The translations under genes and the position numbers were made by a program. Below the pieces are notes generated by a model that worked only from the letters and a program-made list of their open reading frames with translations, was not told the DNA's origin and did not search any database. Below, piece after piece: positions 1 to 42,287 of a DNA stretch of 64,000 nt. The stretch is from positions 268,652 through 332,651 of the forward strand of contig JAWQFM010000009.1 of NCBI GenBank assembly GCA_033442325.1, written 5' to 3'. The first letter of the stretch is position 1. Each line of letters opens with the position of its first letter. The stretch comes from Salpingoeca rosetta (lineage: Eukaryota > Protista > Choanoflagellata).

Positions 1-304
1 GCGTCTTCGTCCTCTGCCAGACTGCCAGCCACGGGCCCGTCCTCATTCGGGCCGGTCGCCACGTCCTTCGACTCCGCGTCAGGACCTCTGAGCGGCCGCG
101 CACCACAGGACACGCCTTCACTCGGGCCAGCCTTCCACAACAGGCTGCGCACCACAGGCACCAATCGTTTTCTTAAACGTGTTCCACAACACACGTCCTT
201 ACTCACATCTCACCTACATCTGCTCATGCCATTCCTACATGCATGACATCATCCACATGCTCATCACGTTTCAGAACATCAACGCAACAGAGAGGTAGGT
301 CAAT

Positions 305-516
305 GCGGGGGAGTGTTGACAGGCAAGTCCTGTCTGCTGAGTCATCATTGACCTCCCTTCTTCACGACACCACAAATTCACATTCACCTCTCTTGTGTTC
401 TGGAATGTTCACGTGATTTCCCTCCAACCTGTTGCACGTGCAGTGTTTACCTTGTGTGGTTGCTCGATGTTACATGCTCTTGCATAACACACCACATAAC
501 CACACAACTCTCAACA
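305..516 (+). mobile_element. Probable Ty1/copia 3' end: polypurine tract followed by an LTR
   Basis: GCGGGGGAG (305-313) immediately followed by TGTTGA (314), the typical copia PPT|LTR junction. A matching inverted end TCAACA lies at 511-516, giving a ~203-bp TG...CA LTR. The right end is uncertain. Confidence 0.55.
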
Positions 517-720
517 AACACTGCCACGTCACCACTTTGCGTTGTCGACAATTCTTGTCTTCTGCTCTGTTTCTTTCTGTTGGAGTGTTCATTCATCCTA
601 CATCCTTGTTTGCTTCACAACTCAAGTAAACACACACAACTCTCTCTTGCCAAGACAATCTCCCACACAACACACAGCACACACAGCACACACAGCACAC
701 ACACACACACACACACACAC

Positions 721-880
721 AAGTCTCCAACAACAGCACCACCAGCATGAACTTACAACAATCGCGTGGAGATGTGTTGAAGTGGTGTCGTCAATGTGTC
801 AGTCATGTGTTCATGCCATATCCTTCCGGCGTCCTTCTTCCCATACAAGGGGGCCTTGCGCAAGACTCGGATGTCTTCGG
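721..880 (-). pseudogene. Degenerate Ty1/copia reverse transcriptase fragment
   Basis: Minus strand reads IPEDIRVLRKAPLYGKKDAGRIWHEHMTDTL, like the copia RT motif LxKxLYGLKQAxRxW. After a 1-nt frameshift it continues HFNTSPRDCCKFMLVVLLLET, like GFxxSxxDPCLF...LLxYVDD. It is truncated by a CA microsatellite. Confidence 0.7.
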
Positions 881-1208
881 GGATCACAGTAACACGTCGC
901 CACGTCCAACGCTTTCCGCCAACCAATGAATCACATCAAAGCACAAGCACATCACAACACAAACTCAAACAATTATAATTAGGCTGTCAACCTTATTATA
1001 GGCCAATTCATTGCTCGACAAGGCGCTCTCGGACAATTAGTGGACATTGTGCATAATCCTCTGTCCAGCTCACACAGTCTTCTTGTTGGTTGTTGTTTTT
1101 GTTTTCCTCTCTGTGGTGCTGTGTTGTTGTTGTTGGTGGTCACAGTCACACCCCAGCAGGCAGCCTGCCAGCCAGACCTTTAACCAACACAGCTTTGACA
1201 CACAAGGA

Positions 1209-1259
<51 letters not shown>

Positions 1260-1299
1260 ACACACAGACACACACACAGACAAAGACAAAGACAGCACC

Positions 1300-12831
<11,532 letters not shown>

Positions 12832-13606
12832 CATCTCCGCCCCGTTACTGTCATTCATTCCTTGTAGTGGTGCTTGTTTGGCTCTTACCCCTGTTGTTGC
12901 TTGTCACGTGATTTGTTTTGTTGTTACACCTCATTCCACCGCTTTTGTTGTCCGCTGCTCCCTGCAACGCATCGATTGACGACTGCGTATATGTGTGTGT
13001 GTGTGTGTATGTGTGTATGTGTGTCACTTGTTCTCTTTTTCCCTTGTCTTCTTCCTCTGGTGGCGCCAAACGCCACCCATGTGTCGAACCCCCCCCCCGG
13101 GTCATTGATGTTCAGCGTTAATTGTGCGGTGTCACTGCCTCTGTCCCCCTCCCCCCCTCTTCTCTTTCTCGTGCCTCTTGTGTGTCTGAGACTTCACGCT
13201 TGTGTGTGTTGGGTTGTTTTTGGTTTCCATGGATGGCCCGTGGTGCCGACGATGTTGATAACAAATCCAAATTGAACACTTCCCTCGTTCAAAGACAGCA
13301 ACTTGTGTACCAGCACGGGCAGCGCGTGTACATCGCGTGCCGATTCACCGTGCCCACACTGCATGATGTTAATCATAACGAAAAAGGGAGGGGAGGGGGA
13401 AAGGGCAACCAAACATGCTTCCCCGTCACACACTCCATCAGACAACAAGAACAGAGCACAGACACACAGACACACAGACACACTGTCAAGACACACACGC
13501 ACACAGACACAGACACAGACACAGACAGACAGACACAGACACAGACAGACAGACAGACAGACAGACACACACGCACACACACACACGCACACAGACAGAC
13601 AGACAG

Positions 13607-13668
<62 letters not shown>

Positions 13669-13677
13669 CAGTCAACT

Positions 13678-15706
13678 CTATTCTGCAACAGGGTTGAGGG
13701 CGGTGTGCATGCGGTCTCTCAGTTGCCGCGCCTGCACCTTCACGTCGTCTGTTCTCGGCACGCTACTCCGCAGCACACGCGCGAGCATGTCCTGGGAACC
13801 CGTGCACGCAAGTCATGTGATGCAATGTGATGTGAGGCAAACGTGAGGTGGACGTGAGGAGAAAATACAACAAAAGAGGTTGAGAAGGGGCGGGGGTGAA
13901 AAGGGCCGCGCAGCAGCGGTGCAAGGGGAAGAAACACCTATGAACAAGCCCGAGACACCATCAAAGATGTAAAAAGGCGTGCAGGTCTACTGTACTCTGG
14001 TGTGAACGTGTGCGTGTGTGTGCATGAGTGCATGTTGTCATGCCAAATCATTTTACCTTGACGTTGAGGCTGCTTGCATCGCCGCGCACAAAGACGAGGA
14101 GAAGGGTTGCGAGGCAGACGTTGGCGCCAATCTCATCCAGCGCGTCCTCGGCGCAGTGGAGGCTGAACAGAAACTGCAGGTGGCGTTCGCACTCGGCCTC
14201 CAACACGGGGTCGAGCTGGACATCCGGGGAGGAGCGTCCGCCCTTGTCGCTGTTGTCGCTGTTGTTGTTGTCGGCGTCGTCGTCGCCCTCGCGTTCTGTC
14301 GACAGGAACACGCGAAAGAGGTACGCGCGCCATATTCTCGCCACGAGCGTACGGAAGGCCTAGCCATGATGCGGCAGCAAGACAGCACACGAAAGGGAAG
14401 CAAGTGGGTGAAACGACAGCAAGTGGGCGAGTAGCAGCGCCGACGATAGCCGCAGAACAATGTCCCAATGCACCTGCCATCCCTCGCTTCTCAAAAATTT
14501 ACGGAATGCATGCATACTCTCCATAGAAGGGGATGTCACACAAAAAATCAACAACAGGTTCCCGCACTTTGCATCGCTGCTCGTCGTGTGTTTCAAAGAG
14601 GATGGCCATGTGGAAATAACCGGTGCAGCACTGCGGGTCCATGGGCCCAAATGCGCACGAAGAGAAGTACACCTGTCACGCCGCCCACACAATCAATCAT
14701 CAGCATGGGAGAGACGGCGCAGACAATGTCCAACGGATTAGCCAAGCATGCGAGATCACGCAGGCAAGGCGGTGCCAAATGCAAGTGCGGGGAGTGGGGG
14801 GGGGGGGAGGAGGGGTTGGAGAGCAGAGGTTGGATCGCATGGTAATAAACCTGGTACAACAACAACAACAGATGCACAGATACGCACACAGACACACAGA
14901 CACAGACACAGACAGACAGACACACAAGCAAACACTCACACAGACACACACATACACACACACGGACACACAAACAAACAATCACACAGACACACACACA
15001 CACACACACACACGCAAAAGGAGGAACATACGTCTTCTGCAAAGTGGGCCAAGGATTCTGCCAGCTTCTCCTTGGCAAGATACAAGCGGCCAAGGGAGCG
15101 ATGCATTTTGGCTTCGAGCACTGCTGGCAAGGGCTCGCTCTGCAACCCATCACAGACAGACCCGCACGGGCGCAGACACCGGTGAGATGAGCACGCAAAG
15201 ATGTGTGAGGGAATAAGCACTCACTCGTCTTGCCTGAGCAGCAACAAGGTTGAAGCTGTCGGAAAGTGACACAACACGATGCACCAAGGAAGGAAGGAAA
15301 GCCACAGCAAGTCTAGCACACTGCATGCCTCACCGCTTTCAAGGCGAGCCAGTGTGCTTGTGTGAGGTATTTTTCGGCGTTCTTGGTTTGACCAACACCG
15401 AGATAGGCAGAGCCCAATTGGACATATGGCGCAATCAAGTCCATGCTGTCGTCGGCATGCACGGACTCTGCCAGATCCATGGCCTATCACGTCAGACACG
15501 CAGCCAACACAAACAAAGTGCGAAGAGAGTCAACCGACATGCGCTAGCGGGATGCAGGTTCAGCAACAAAAACAAAAAAAAAAGCATGTATGGTCAACAC
15601 GCCACACGACGTGTATGCATCGAGAGCAGAAGGGGCGGCGAGAAACAAGGCAGCACACAAAGAACCACGCAGCCGACACATGAGCACACGCAGCCGACAC
15701 ATGAGC

Positions 15707-15778
<72 letters not shown>

Positions 15779-15940
15779 TTGTGCTTCGTCGAGGGCATGC
15801 TGATGGTCCAACCGATGGCTTGCAAGCTCCGAGGACTTGAGCTGTAGTGCAATCACCTCCTCTGCATCTTTCTTGTTGGGCTTCTTGCCCGATCCCCCTC
15901 GCTGTTGCTGTTGCTGCTGCTGTTGTGGTCGGCGAAGCAT
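13678..15940 (-). CDS. ZMYND12: ZMYND12-like (inner-arm dynein p38-type) TPR-like protein, apparently lacking the MYND finger; ~6 exons
   Basis: Exons: MLRRPQQQ...HALDEAQQ | [50 protein letters not shown] | [36 protein letters not shown] | [26 protein letters not shown] | ...RIWRAYL...[13 protein letters not shown] | DMLARVL...PVAE* (TAG 13678). These match ZMYND12 motifs LHRNLGLLY, NDIYFASCAFG and GYFHLA. Confidence 0.8.
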
Positions 15941-16046
15941 GGCTGGCTTTGGTGGGTGAATCTGCGTGATTGGTGTGGTGTGTATCTGCGTTGTTTGGCC
16001 GCTGCGATTGCGGAAAAGTGGCTGGCATTTTATGCAAATTGTCGGC

Positions 16047-16059
16047 GTATCCAAGGGAC
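16047..16059. promoter_or_regulatory. Candidate RFX X-box in the bidirectional promoter of ZMYND12/CCDC83
   Basis: GTATCCAAGGGAC (reverse complement GTCCCTTGGATAC) is an imperfect match to the X-box palindrome GTNRCC-N(0-3)-RGYAAC. It lies within the 300 bp between the two ATGs. Confidence 0.4.
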
Positions 16060-16240
16060 GAGCAGCCAAAGCACAACAACAGCAGCCGAACAGCAGGCAA
16101 AGCACACATCACCGCTTCAACCACCACCGCCACTTGCAGCAACCACCGCACGACAACCGCTTGGAGCAGCGCTACCAGCAGCGCAGCACTATCACTCACA
16201 ACCACCACACTCGCCGTCACAGCCGCATTCAAGTGCCATC

Positions 16241-17330
16241 ATGCCAAAGAAGAAGGGCGGAAAGAAGAAGAAAAAGGGGAGCAAGAAGGCTTCCTCGGCT
16301 TCTGCGGAACCCAAGCTGAGCCAGATGGAACGCTTCGTCCGCTTCTCGTACGTGCTTGTTGTTGCTGTTGTTGCTGTTGGCGTGGAGACGCATGCGCTTG
16401 CTTGCGTATTAGCGCGGCTGTGTGATTCACGGAGGTGTGCTGGCTCGTGCCCTGAGCTCGACCCTGTGCCATGTCTCTCAATTTCCCCACACGCACACAC
16501 ACGAATATGCATGCGCACATATACGAACACACACGCACTCATGCACACACACACATACCAACACTCGCACTCGCACACACACACACACATACCAATACAC
16601 ACACGCACATACACACACGCACACATACACATACCAACACATACATGTGTGTTTGGATACCAGAGTCGAGACACGGTCTGAACAGATCACTTCGTGGAGG
16701 CAAGAGCGGGATGAGATGAGGCACAACAACGTCATGCTTCGGGAGCAGCTTGATGCCCTCAAACAGAAACAGCAACAGGTAAGCACCACAAAACGGCTGT
16801 CATCTAAGGAAGCGGGTACCTCAACAGTTATTTACCCGTACGCTTGCCTCGCTGCCTGGCGATTGCCCTGATCACTCATGGTTCACCTATGGTCCCCTTC
16901 TCACACACCCTCGCCTCACATATTCCGTGTTGATGTATTGGGCAGACGGTGACCAAATTGCGAGAGAAGAGCTTTGGAACAGCGCACGAGCTGACACAGT
17001 ATGAGCAGGAGCTACAACAGCGCATTGAAGACGCGTTGGGCGAGAAGCAGGAGTTTGTGAAGACCGAGGAAAAGTCTATTGTGGACATGAGGCGCAAGCT
17101 GAAGGAGACGGAGCAGCGCATCATCGATGAGAACCAGGCGCTACAGTCCCTGCAAGTGTTTCAGGTGTTTGGCCAGCAGGAGAACATGAAGGCCATTGAG
17201 GACTTGGAAACCGTCATCACGGAAATGAAGCAAGGCCATGAAGAGGTCCGTGCGCAGTCTTGCGCGCGCGCGCGCGTGTGTGTGTGCTTTGTGTGTGTTT
17301 CGTGTGTGTGTTTTGTGTGTGTGTGCGTGC

Positions 17331-17406
<76 letters not shown>

Positions 17407-18266
17407 GTGTGTGTTGTGTGTGTGTTCTCGCTTGCGTGGGATGGCTGTCAGTGTATGCATGTGTATGTTAGGTTCAATTGGAGTACGTTGTATTCGCTCA
17501 TGCTTAGTATCTCCCTTTGTTTGACTTGTGATATCTGACGTGTCTTTCTGCCCCACGTGTCCAGGAGTTGGCTGATATGGGCAAGCGCTTCCAGTTTGCG
17601 CGCGAGCGGTTCTCCGCAAACTTTGACGCGCGCGTGGAGCGAACGCGTGAGCTCGCAACAGAGAATGCAATCAACATCCAAAGCAGTCGCGATAAGGTAT
17701 GCAGCAATGCACCAGACCTTCCATTTGTGCCAGTTTCGTGGCGTACACGCCTTGCACATAAGTTGTTTGTGTCACAAGTGTGTGTGTGTGTGAGCTAGCA
17801 AGTGTGTGTGTGCGTGTGTGTGTGTGTGTGCGAGCGAGCAAGTGTGTGTGTGTACGCGAGTGTATGTGCGTATGTGTACGTGCTGTTTCGTGTGCATGCA
17901 TCTATGCGCATGTATGTTTGACTTTCATATCGACAGCTAACTTTCCCCCTCCTCCCCCATATTGCGATGCCTGCCCGGTTGCCTCGGGCCTGGCCAGGTT
18001 GCTGCTGCGGAGCGGGAGTGGCTGAAGCGAGAGCTGGAGACGCATCGATTGGAAAAGCAGCGGCTGCAGTCCATCTGCGATGATCTCGAGAAGGAAAACC
18101 TGAAGCTCCTCGCAACCCTCTACGCAGAGGGCGCGGTGCGTTGCAGTGCTCTTGCCGTGGTGGCAGTGATGGTGGTGGTGGTGGTGTCGTGTGCTCTTTA
18201 TTCAAACAACGACGACGTGCACAGGCAACCAACATCCCATTCTCACGCGACATGTTACAAGCATAC

Positions 18267-18298
<32 letters not shown>

Positions 18299-18749
18299 TC
18301 TCTCTCTCTCTCTCCCTCACGCACACACTCTCACACACACAATCACACTCACTCACTCACTCTCACTCTCACACACACACACAATCACACTCACTCACAC
18401 ACACACACACACACTCGATGCTTGCTTGGTCGCACAGGACACGTCAAAGTGGCGCGCGGCGAATGCGCTGAAGCATCTGGCTGGAGGGGCGGAGGATGAG
18501 GAGGAGGATGATGAGGAGGAGGAGGAGGAGGACGACCTGATGCTGTCTGACGACGACGACGACGAAAACATGACCGGTGAACTCGCTGGTGCACCCGCTG
18601 TTTGAGGCACACCCATATCCATACATACGCACGTACACATACGCACATTCGCACAAACGCACATTCACACAAACGCACATTCACACAAACGCACATTCAC
18701 ACCTGCGCATCCAGACACACTCACTGGCTCACTCGCTCACACACACATC

Positions 18750-18793
<44 letters not shown>

Positions 18794-18818
18794 CACACAC
18801 ACACACACACACACATCA

Positions 18819-18856
<38 letters not shown>

Positions 18857-19878
18857 ACGGCTAGCCTCGGGACTTTAAACACTCGACCTGGTGGGTTATC
18901 CGACTGGGTGGGTGAACGTTATAGGGTCGAATGGGAGATAGTGGACACCTTCACGCTGATCGACTGACCTGTGACTTCCAGCGTGTATACGTGCAGAAGC
19001 ACCTAACTGACGGGGGGGAATAGTATTTTATCCCCACACTCTAATTCCTTCTTGACTGTGTCTATATCTCTATAGCTCTTTGGGGCCCGCGGCGAGCCCG
19101 CGCGACCTCAACTAACGTGTTACTATAGTTATCAAATAGTATAGCCGGTCCATGGCTAGTCTGAAACTTGTGCGTGCAAGGTCCGCTTGGCCTCGAAGAA
19201 AAGGAGCGGCCAATCGGAGCGTGGATTTCTCCTAACTACCACGGAATCCGGTGTGACTCTACACAAAGTTGCCCGGGAGCAGACCGGCTAGGAAACAATC
19301 CATGGCTAATAGACGATGGATGCGTTCGGTGTCCGCATTCGGAAGTCGGTGAGCACAGTTCAATAGCTAAAGAAGTACCCAAAGGCGCCGAGCATTCAGA
19401 GGGGCAGTGGCACATTTCAACACGCGGCGACCCCGTGTTTGTGCGCCACGAAGTTTCCACTGTGGAACTCTTCAAGGAGGATCAATCGCGGCGCGTGCAG
19501 CAGCTCAAAACGTTTAGTCAGCTGCCCGTGCAGATTGCTGCGCCCAACCGCACGACCCCAGCAAAACGTGTGTTGCCGGAGATTCGGTCCACGGGCAACG
19601 CCCCCTCGCCTCGCGTGCAGGCCGTGCTGGCCGAAACATCCAAGACCATGCACTCTCCGCCGGTGAAAAGCACGCGCGCACGGCGATGGGGCCCGCAGAT
19701 GTCGGCAGCGTCATCGTTGCACGCGACACTTCGGGGCAGCGCGGGCATGTTCACGCGACGGTCGTACCAGCAGCAACAACAACAACAACAACACTACAAA
19801 GGTGTCACGTCACCATCGCCACACCAGCTGCCACCACTCAGCAGAAGCGCACAGCACCAGCACGCCATCCCAAAGTGA
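16241..19878 (+). CDS. CCDC83: CCDC83-like coiled-coil protein, multi-exon
   Basis: ATG 16241 [12 protein letters not shown]; coiled-coil exons. [20 protein letters not shown]|[41 protein letters not shown] resembles CCDC83 WATQNAV...[31 protein letters not shown]. An acidic exon lies at ~18438-18577. The last exon (~19400-19878) is less certain because it abuts an anomalous segment. Confidence 0.72.
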
Positions 19879-19905
19879 TGATGTATTCACGACCATTTCT
19901 GTGTA

Positions 19906-19981
<76 letters not shown>

Positions 19982-20906
19982 CGTGGCATTTGTTCTGTTA
20001 CATTTCTCTTCATTTTTGTTGCATCACATGCCACGACAGTGCATGCCTTTTTTTTTGTGTCTCTCTGCCTCTTCTGCATCTCTTCGCTACATCCTGTGAA
20101 TCATTGCTGCTCCCGTGCATATGTGTGGGGGCTTTCATCGCCCTGTCGTAATTGAATGGCAACATTGAGTCTGACAAAAGGATGTGATGTGTTGGAGCTC
20201 GTGTCGTGATTGTATGGAGTGCAACAGACGCAGGGGAAGGAAGGGGGGAGGATGGAGAAGGGCAAGCAAGCGATCAAGAAAGGAAGTAATGAAGGAAAGA
20301 AGGAAGAGCACAAAGCAAAGGCAGGAAGGAAAGAAGAAAGGAAGAAAGGAAGGGAGAATGTGGGCACGTGGCACACATCAATGGGGAGCACATTTAAGCT
20401 GCGCGAAGACCAAGGCAGAAGAAAAAAAAAAAAAAGACATGGAACCAGCTAAAGTGTGCTCGAAAGAGGGTGGACAGGGAGCACGCAAGGTCAAGTACAT
20501 GACAGGCGACAAAGAACATCCCACCCAACAAACTAAAGACATCACAAGGGACCAAAGGACCAAAAACCACAGCGACAGCGACAGCACCACCACCAAAGCC
20601 ACGCACACACACGCGCACATTGCGTGCGTACAACGCAGGATGCAGCGAAAGGGCAAGTCAGCCACACACAGACACACACACACACAGCCATGGACAGACG
20701 TGCACAACAAGGCAGACGCGTTCACACCGGCGACACAAGTCACAGCACACGCCAAGAGGATGGTGAGAGCACAGTAGCACGGGCATGCGTGTGTACAGCT
20801 ATCGTGGAGGAAGACGTGTCACACACAAGTTGACTGGGAAACACAAAGCAAAAAAAGGGGGGGGGGGGCTTGTGGTGGCGGTTGTGCCACGTCACGTGGA
20901 CAGCCA

Positions 20907-21285
20907 TCAATGGTGACCGCGCACTTCGCCCGGCGTGTAGTTGCGGTCAATCACGGGGTCCTGCAGGAACATGTGCAGGCTCTTCTGGTTCCGGGCCAGG
21001 GGATGGCCAGCAACCCTGGGCACAGGCGGCGCGTCGCATAGGATTGGTTTGGTTTGGTTTGATTTGGTTTGGTGGGTGAGGTGGGGGGGGGGTTGGTGAG
21101 AAGTTGTCGTGAGTCAGGAGGTGGATGGGAGGGTGTGGTTGCGTGCGTGAGATGTGAGGCTGTATGAAAGGGGAAATAACGAACCAATCGTGGCCGCATG
21201 GATGGAGAAGGAACCGCGCAGATACAAACACCCAATTCAATCACACCAGCCTCAATACCTTGCACCACTGAACACGCAACACAAC

Positions 21286-21317
<32 letters not shown>

Positions 21318-21702
21318 GCATGATGCTCACTTGTTGATAAACTCCTCGAGGCCCTTGCGTCGCCTCTCAATGAAGTCCTCCGCAAACAACCCTGCAGATG
21401 CAAGCAGCAGTAGTGATTAGGACGTCATCGCAAGCAAGCCAGCAGAAACAGCATGTGGAGGATACGCAGTGGGGCAGACGCGACGTCACGCACATGAGTA
21501 CAAGCACGGGTGCAAGGCACGTGCTCATGCATGTGATGCCGACCTTTGTCTGCAGACACCCAAGGGAGCTGGCGGCCGTAAGACTTGCCAGGCAGAGGAG
21601 GAACGACAATCTGCAACACAGCACGGGGGGCAATGATGGTCACACACACGCACATGCACACACAGGCATACATCGTGAGTTCAACAGATTGCTCGTCGTC
21701 GA

Positions 21703-21735
<33 letters not shown>

Positions 21736-21753
21736 TACACATACACACACACA

Positions 21754-21788
<35 letters not shown>

Positions 21789-22092
21789 GAACATGCTTGT
21801 ACACAAGGGTGTACGAAGCGTAGTGGTGGTGCTAGTCACCTTGGAGTCGCGCTCAAGCTCCTTTCTGAGCCATTGGAATTCACTGTAACGCCGGCGCACG
21901 CTGGACTCCTTTTGCTTGAACACAGGCAGGTTGGTCTGCCCAAGGAGACACACGACACAGTAGCACAGTCAACAGCAAACACATTATGATATGGTGGCGC
22001 TCATGAGACTGAAGTATGCATTATCATTCCCACACCCACACCCACACCCACACCCACACCCACACCCACACCCACACCCACACCCACACCCA

Positions 22093-22160
<68 letters not shown>

Positions 22161-22422
22161 AACAACACGCACGTGTGCGGTTGCACGAGCTCGGCCTGCT
22201 GTTTAACCATGCAAGAGGCCACCCCTATGCCCCCCCCCCCTCCAAACCAGTGTTGAGACGTACCCGGACGCGAACTTCGTATGTTGTGAACTTCTTGGTG
22301 CCCTCCATCTCTGTTTTTGGGTCACACACGTCAATCTCCAAGAAGTTATCTGGCTCTGCGTATGCCTCAGCCAGGGTCTGCGGCCGGTCAACGGCTGGTG
22401 TGCCCGTGATCACTTCACTCAT
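20907..22422 (-). CDS. SNX3: Sorting nexin 3/12 (PX-only), 5 exons
   Basis: MSEVITGTPAVDRPQTLAEAYAEPDNFLEIDVCDP...TTYEVRVR|TNLPVFKQKESSVRRRYSEFQWLRKELERDSK|IVVPPLPGK...|GLFAEDFIERRRKGLEEFIN|KVAGHPLAQNQKSLHMFLQDPVIDRNYTPG*. This is close to the SNX3 consensus throughout. Confidence 0.95.
22030..22156. repeat. (CACACC)n hexamer grading into (CA)n, SNX3 intron 1
   Basis: Direct reading. Confidence 0.9.
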
Positions 22423-23085
22423 GGCGTCTGTAGACAAGTCAAAGAACAACAGCAAGGACGCGTTGGCTGGTTGGTTGCCTCGTTAAACGAGTTTGCTGCC
22501 GCCGTGTGTGTACGTGTGTCTTGTTTTTGCTGGTTGTTGTGGTGTGTTGTGGTTGCCTTGCTGCTCCAAGCCCCGCTCGTCGTCTCACACCCACACAGTC
22601 TTGCTTCTTGGATGGCTGAGCTTTGTGCTGGAAGGAGCGTGTGGTGTCTTTGCTTTTGCTTGCTTGTGTGCTTGCTTGCGTGTGGCCAAATGAAGCGAAA
22701 TACATTAATTTTTTATGCTGGTACAAAATCGATTCGATGCTGTCTTAAGGGGAAGGGAAAAAAAAAAAAAAGGAGGAATGGGCAAAACAGCGCCTTTTGC
22801 TGCCGCGACGAAAAACCTCACCCACCAAGAACACTGCTTTGCAACCCACACTCATCAGAGTTCCAAGTCGGTGGTGACGGTGGTGTGCAGGGTGTCAGTC
22901 ATCCTTCCATCCATCATCCATCATCGTCGCTTCCATTCATTGAGAGAGGATTTGCTTGCTTGCTCGCTTGCTCGCTTGCTCGCTGCTCCTCTTCCTCCCT
23001 GCTTCCTCGTTCCTTGAAGCAACGAGTCAGCAACAGCAGCACAACACTCGTTCTGTAGTGTGCTTGACGAGGGCCACCATCAAGC

Positions 23086-34241
<11,156 letters not shown>

Positions 34242-34676
34242 CCTGGGACGCTGCGCTGCGTGTGTGTGTGTGTGTGTCTATGTGTGTGTGTGTGTCTGTA
34301 TCTGTGTGTCTATGTGTCTGTGTCTGTACAACTGTGTGTTTGTAGAACTGTGTGTCAGCGTGTGTTTGTGCTGCCCTCTTGCCACACACACGCACCCACC
34401 CAGACACACACACACTCTCTCTCTTGTTGTTCTTCTTGACTTGTGTCTCGGGCATATTTTGCGCGTTACCATTGCTGTGCTGTGTTCCGTTTCCTCCTTG
34501 TACATACCATACCCCCTTTATTTGCCCTTGGTTTGAGTCTTTTCACATGATGCCGTTTCGTCCCACATGCTCGTTTCATTGAGAAATATGACAACACGAG
34601 CCGTGATGTGTGATGTTGTCATCACACAAACGAAGCAACGATGAAAGAGAACCAGCACTGTTGCGACACACACCCA

Positions 34677-34736
<60 letters not shown>

Positions 34737-34763
34737 CATGCCAAGAAAGTGCTGCTGCATCCC

Positions 34764-39340
<4,577 letters not shown>

Positions 39341-39483
39341 GGCGATGCTGGGGTCGTTCGTTTGTGATGCGAACTTGGCTCGATTGCTTGCTTGGTGGTG
39401 GAAGCGTTCGCACTGGCTGTCGTGGGTGATGGTTAGGGAAGACTTGTGGAAAATTTCCAAGAAAAGTCGGCAACTGCAAGACG

Positions 39484-41724
<2,241 letters not shown>

Positions 41725-42287
41725 AACACAACACAGGCAAAAAAACAAAAAAAAACTCGCGCCCAGTATTTTTTTTTTGTGGTTGCATGCATGCACACAA
41801 ACCCCACCCACGCACGCACGCCACCAACACAAAACACCACTGACCGACTGGTGGGCTGATGCGAGTGTCGCACCCATGCCACAAAACAGCAGCAGCACCT
41901 CAGCACCTCACACATCGACCACATCATTGTTTGAAACACGCCATCGCGATTCAAGGGGAGAGCTGACCAAGACCAAGCCACCCCAGCGAACTGAGCGGCG
42001 CGACAAGTAGACAAGTGGCTGAAGGGCTGAGCAGGTGCATACATACAACGAACGAGAGACGCAGACGTACCTTTGTTCCCGCTGCGCGAAGACGGGAGGA
42101 CAGTTCACACACCAGCCAGGAAGCCAGCCAGGGTGTGGTCATTTTCCCTGGCTACCCACTCAACGGCGAGACAGCAAGCTCCACGAACGACGAGCCTCAA
42201 AGCAGCCTCAAAGCGCTAGAGCGATCGCGAGCAAGCACAGCCAACGCAGCCACCTCACAATACCTTCACCCCACAAGTACATACAAT

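Noticed and set aside
16032-16039. Octamer ATGCAAAT in the ZMYND12/CCDC83 spacer
   Set aside because: POU factors are considered animal-specific, and one 8-mer in 64 kb is expected by chance.
16020-16050. In-frame CxxC (TICIKCQP) upstream of the ZMYND12 ATG as a MYND remnant
   Set aside because: Single CxxC, no second pair or YC...HQ..W..H motif, and no ATG; likely promoter or UTR sequence.
19168-19400. N-terminal part of ORF 19168-19878 as real coding sequence
   Set aside because: It falls in the random-looking segment; only the part from ~19400 has native composition.
39449-39459. GGAAAATTTCC as an NF-kB site
   Set aside because: Only a motif resemblance, with no evidence for such a factor here; recorded simply as a near-palindrome.
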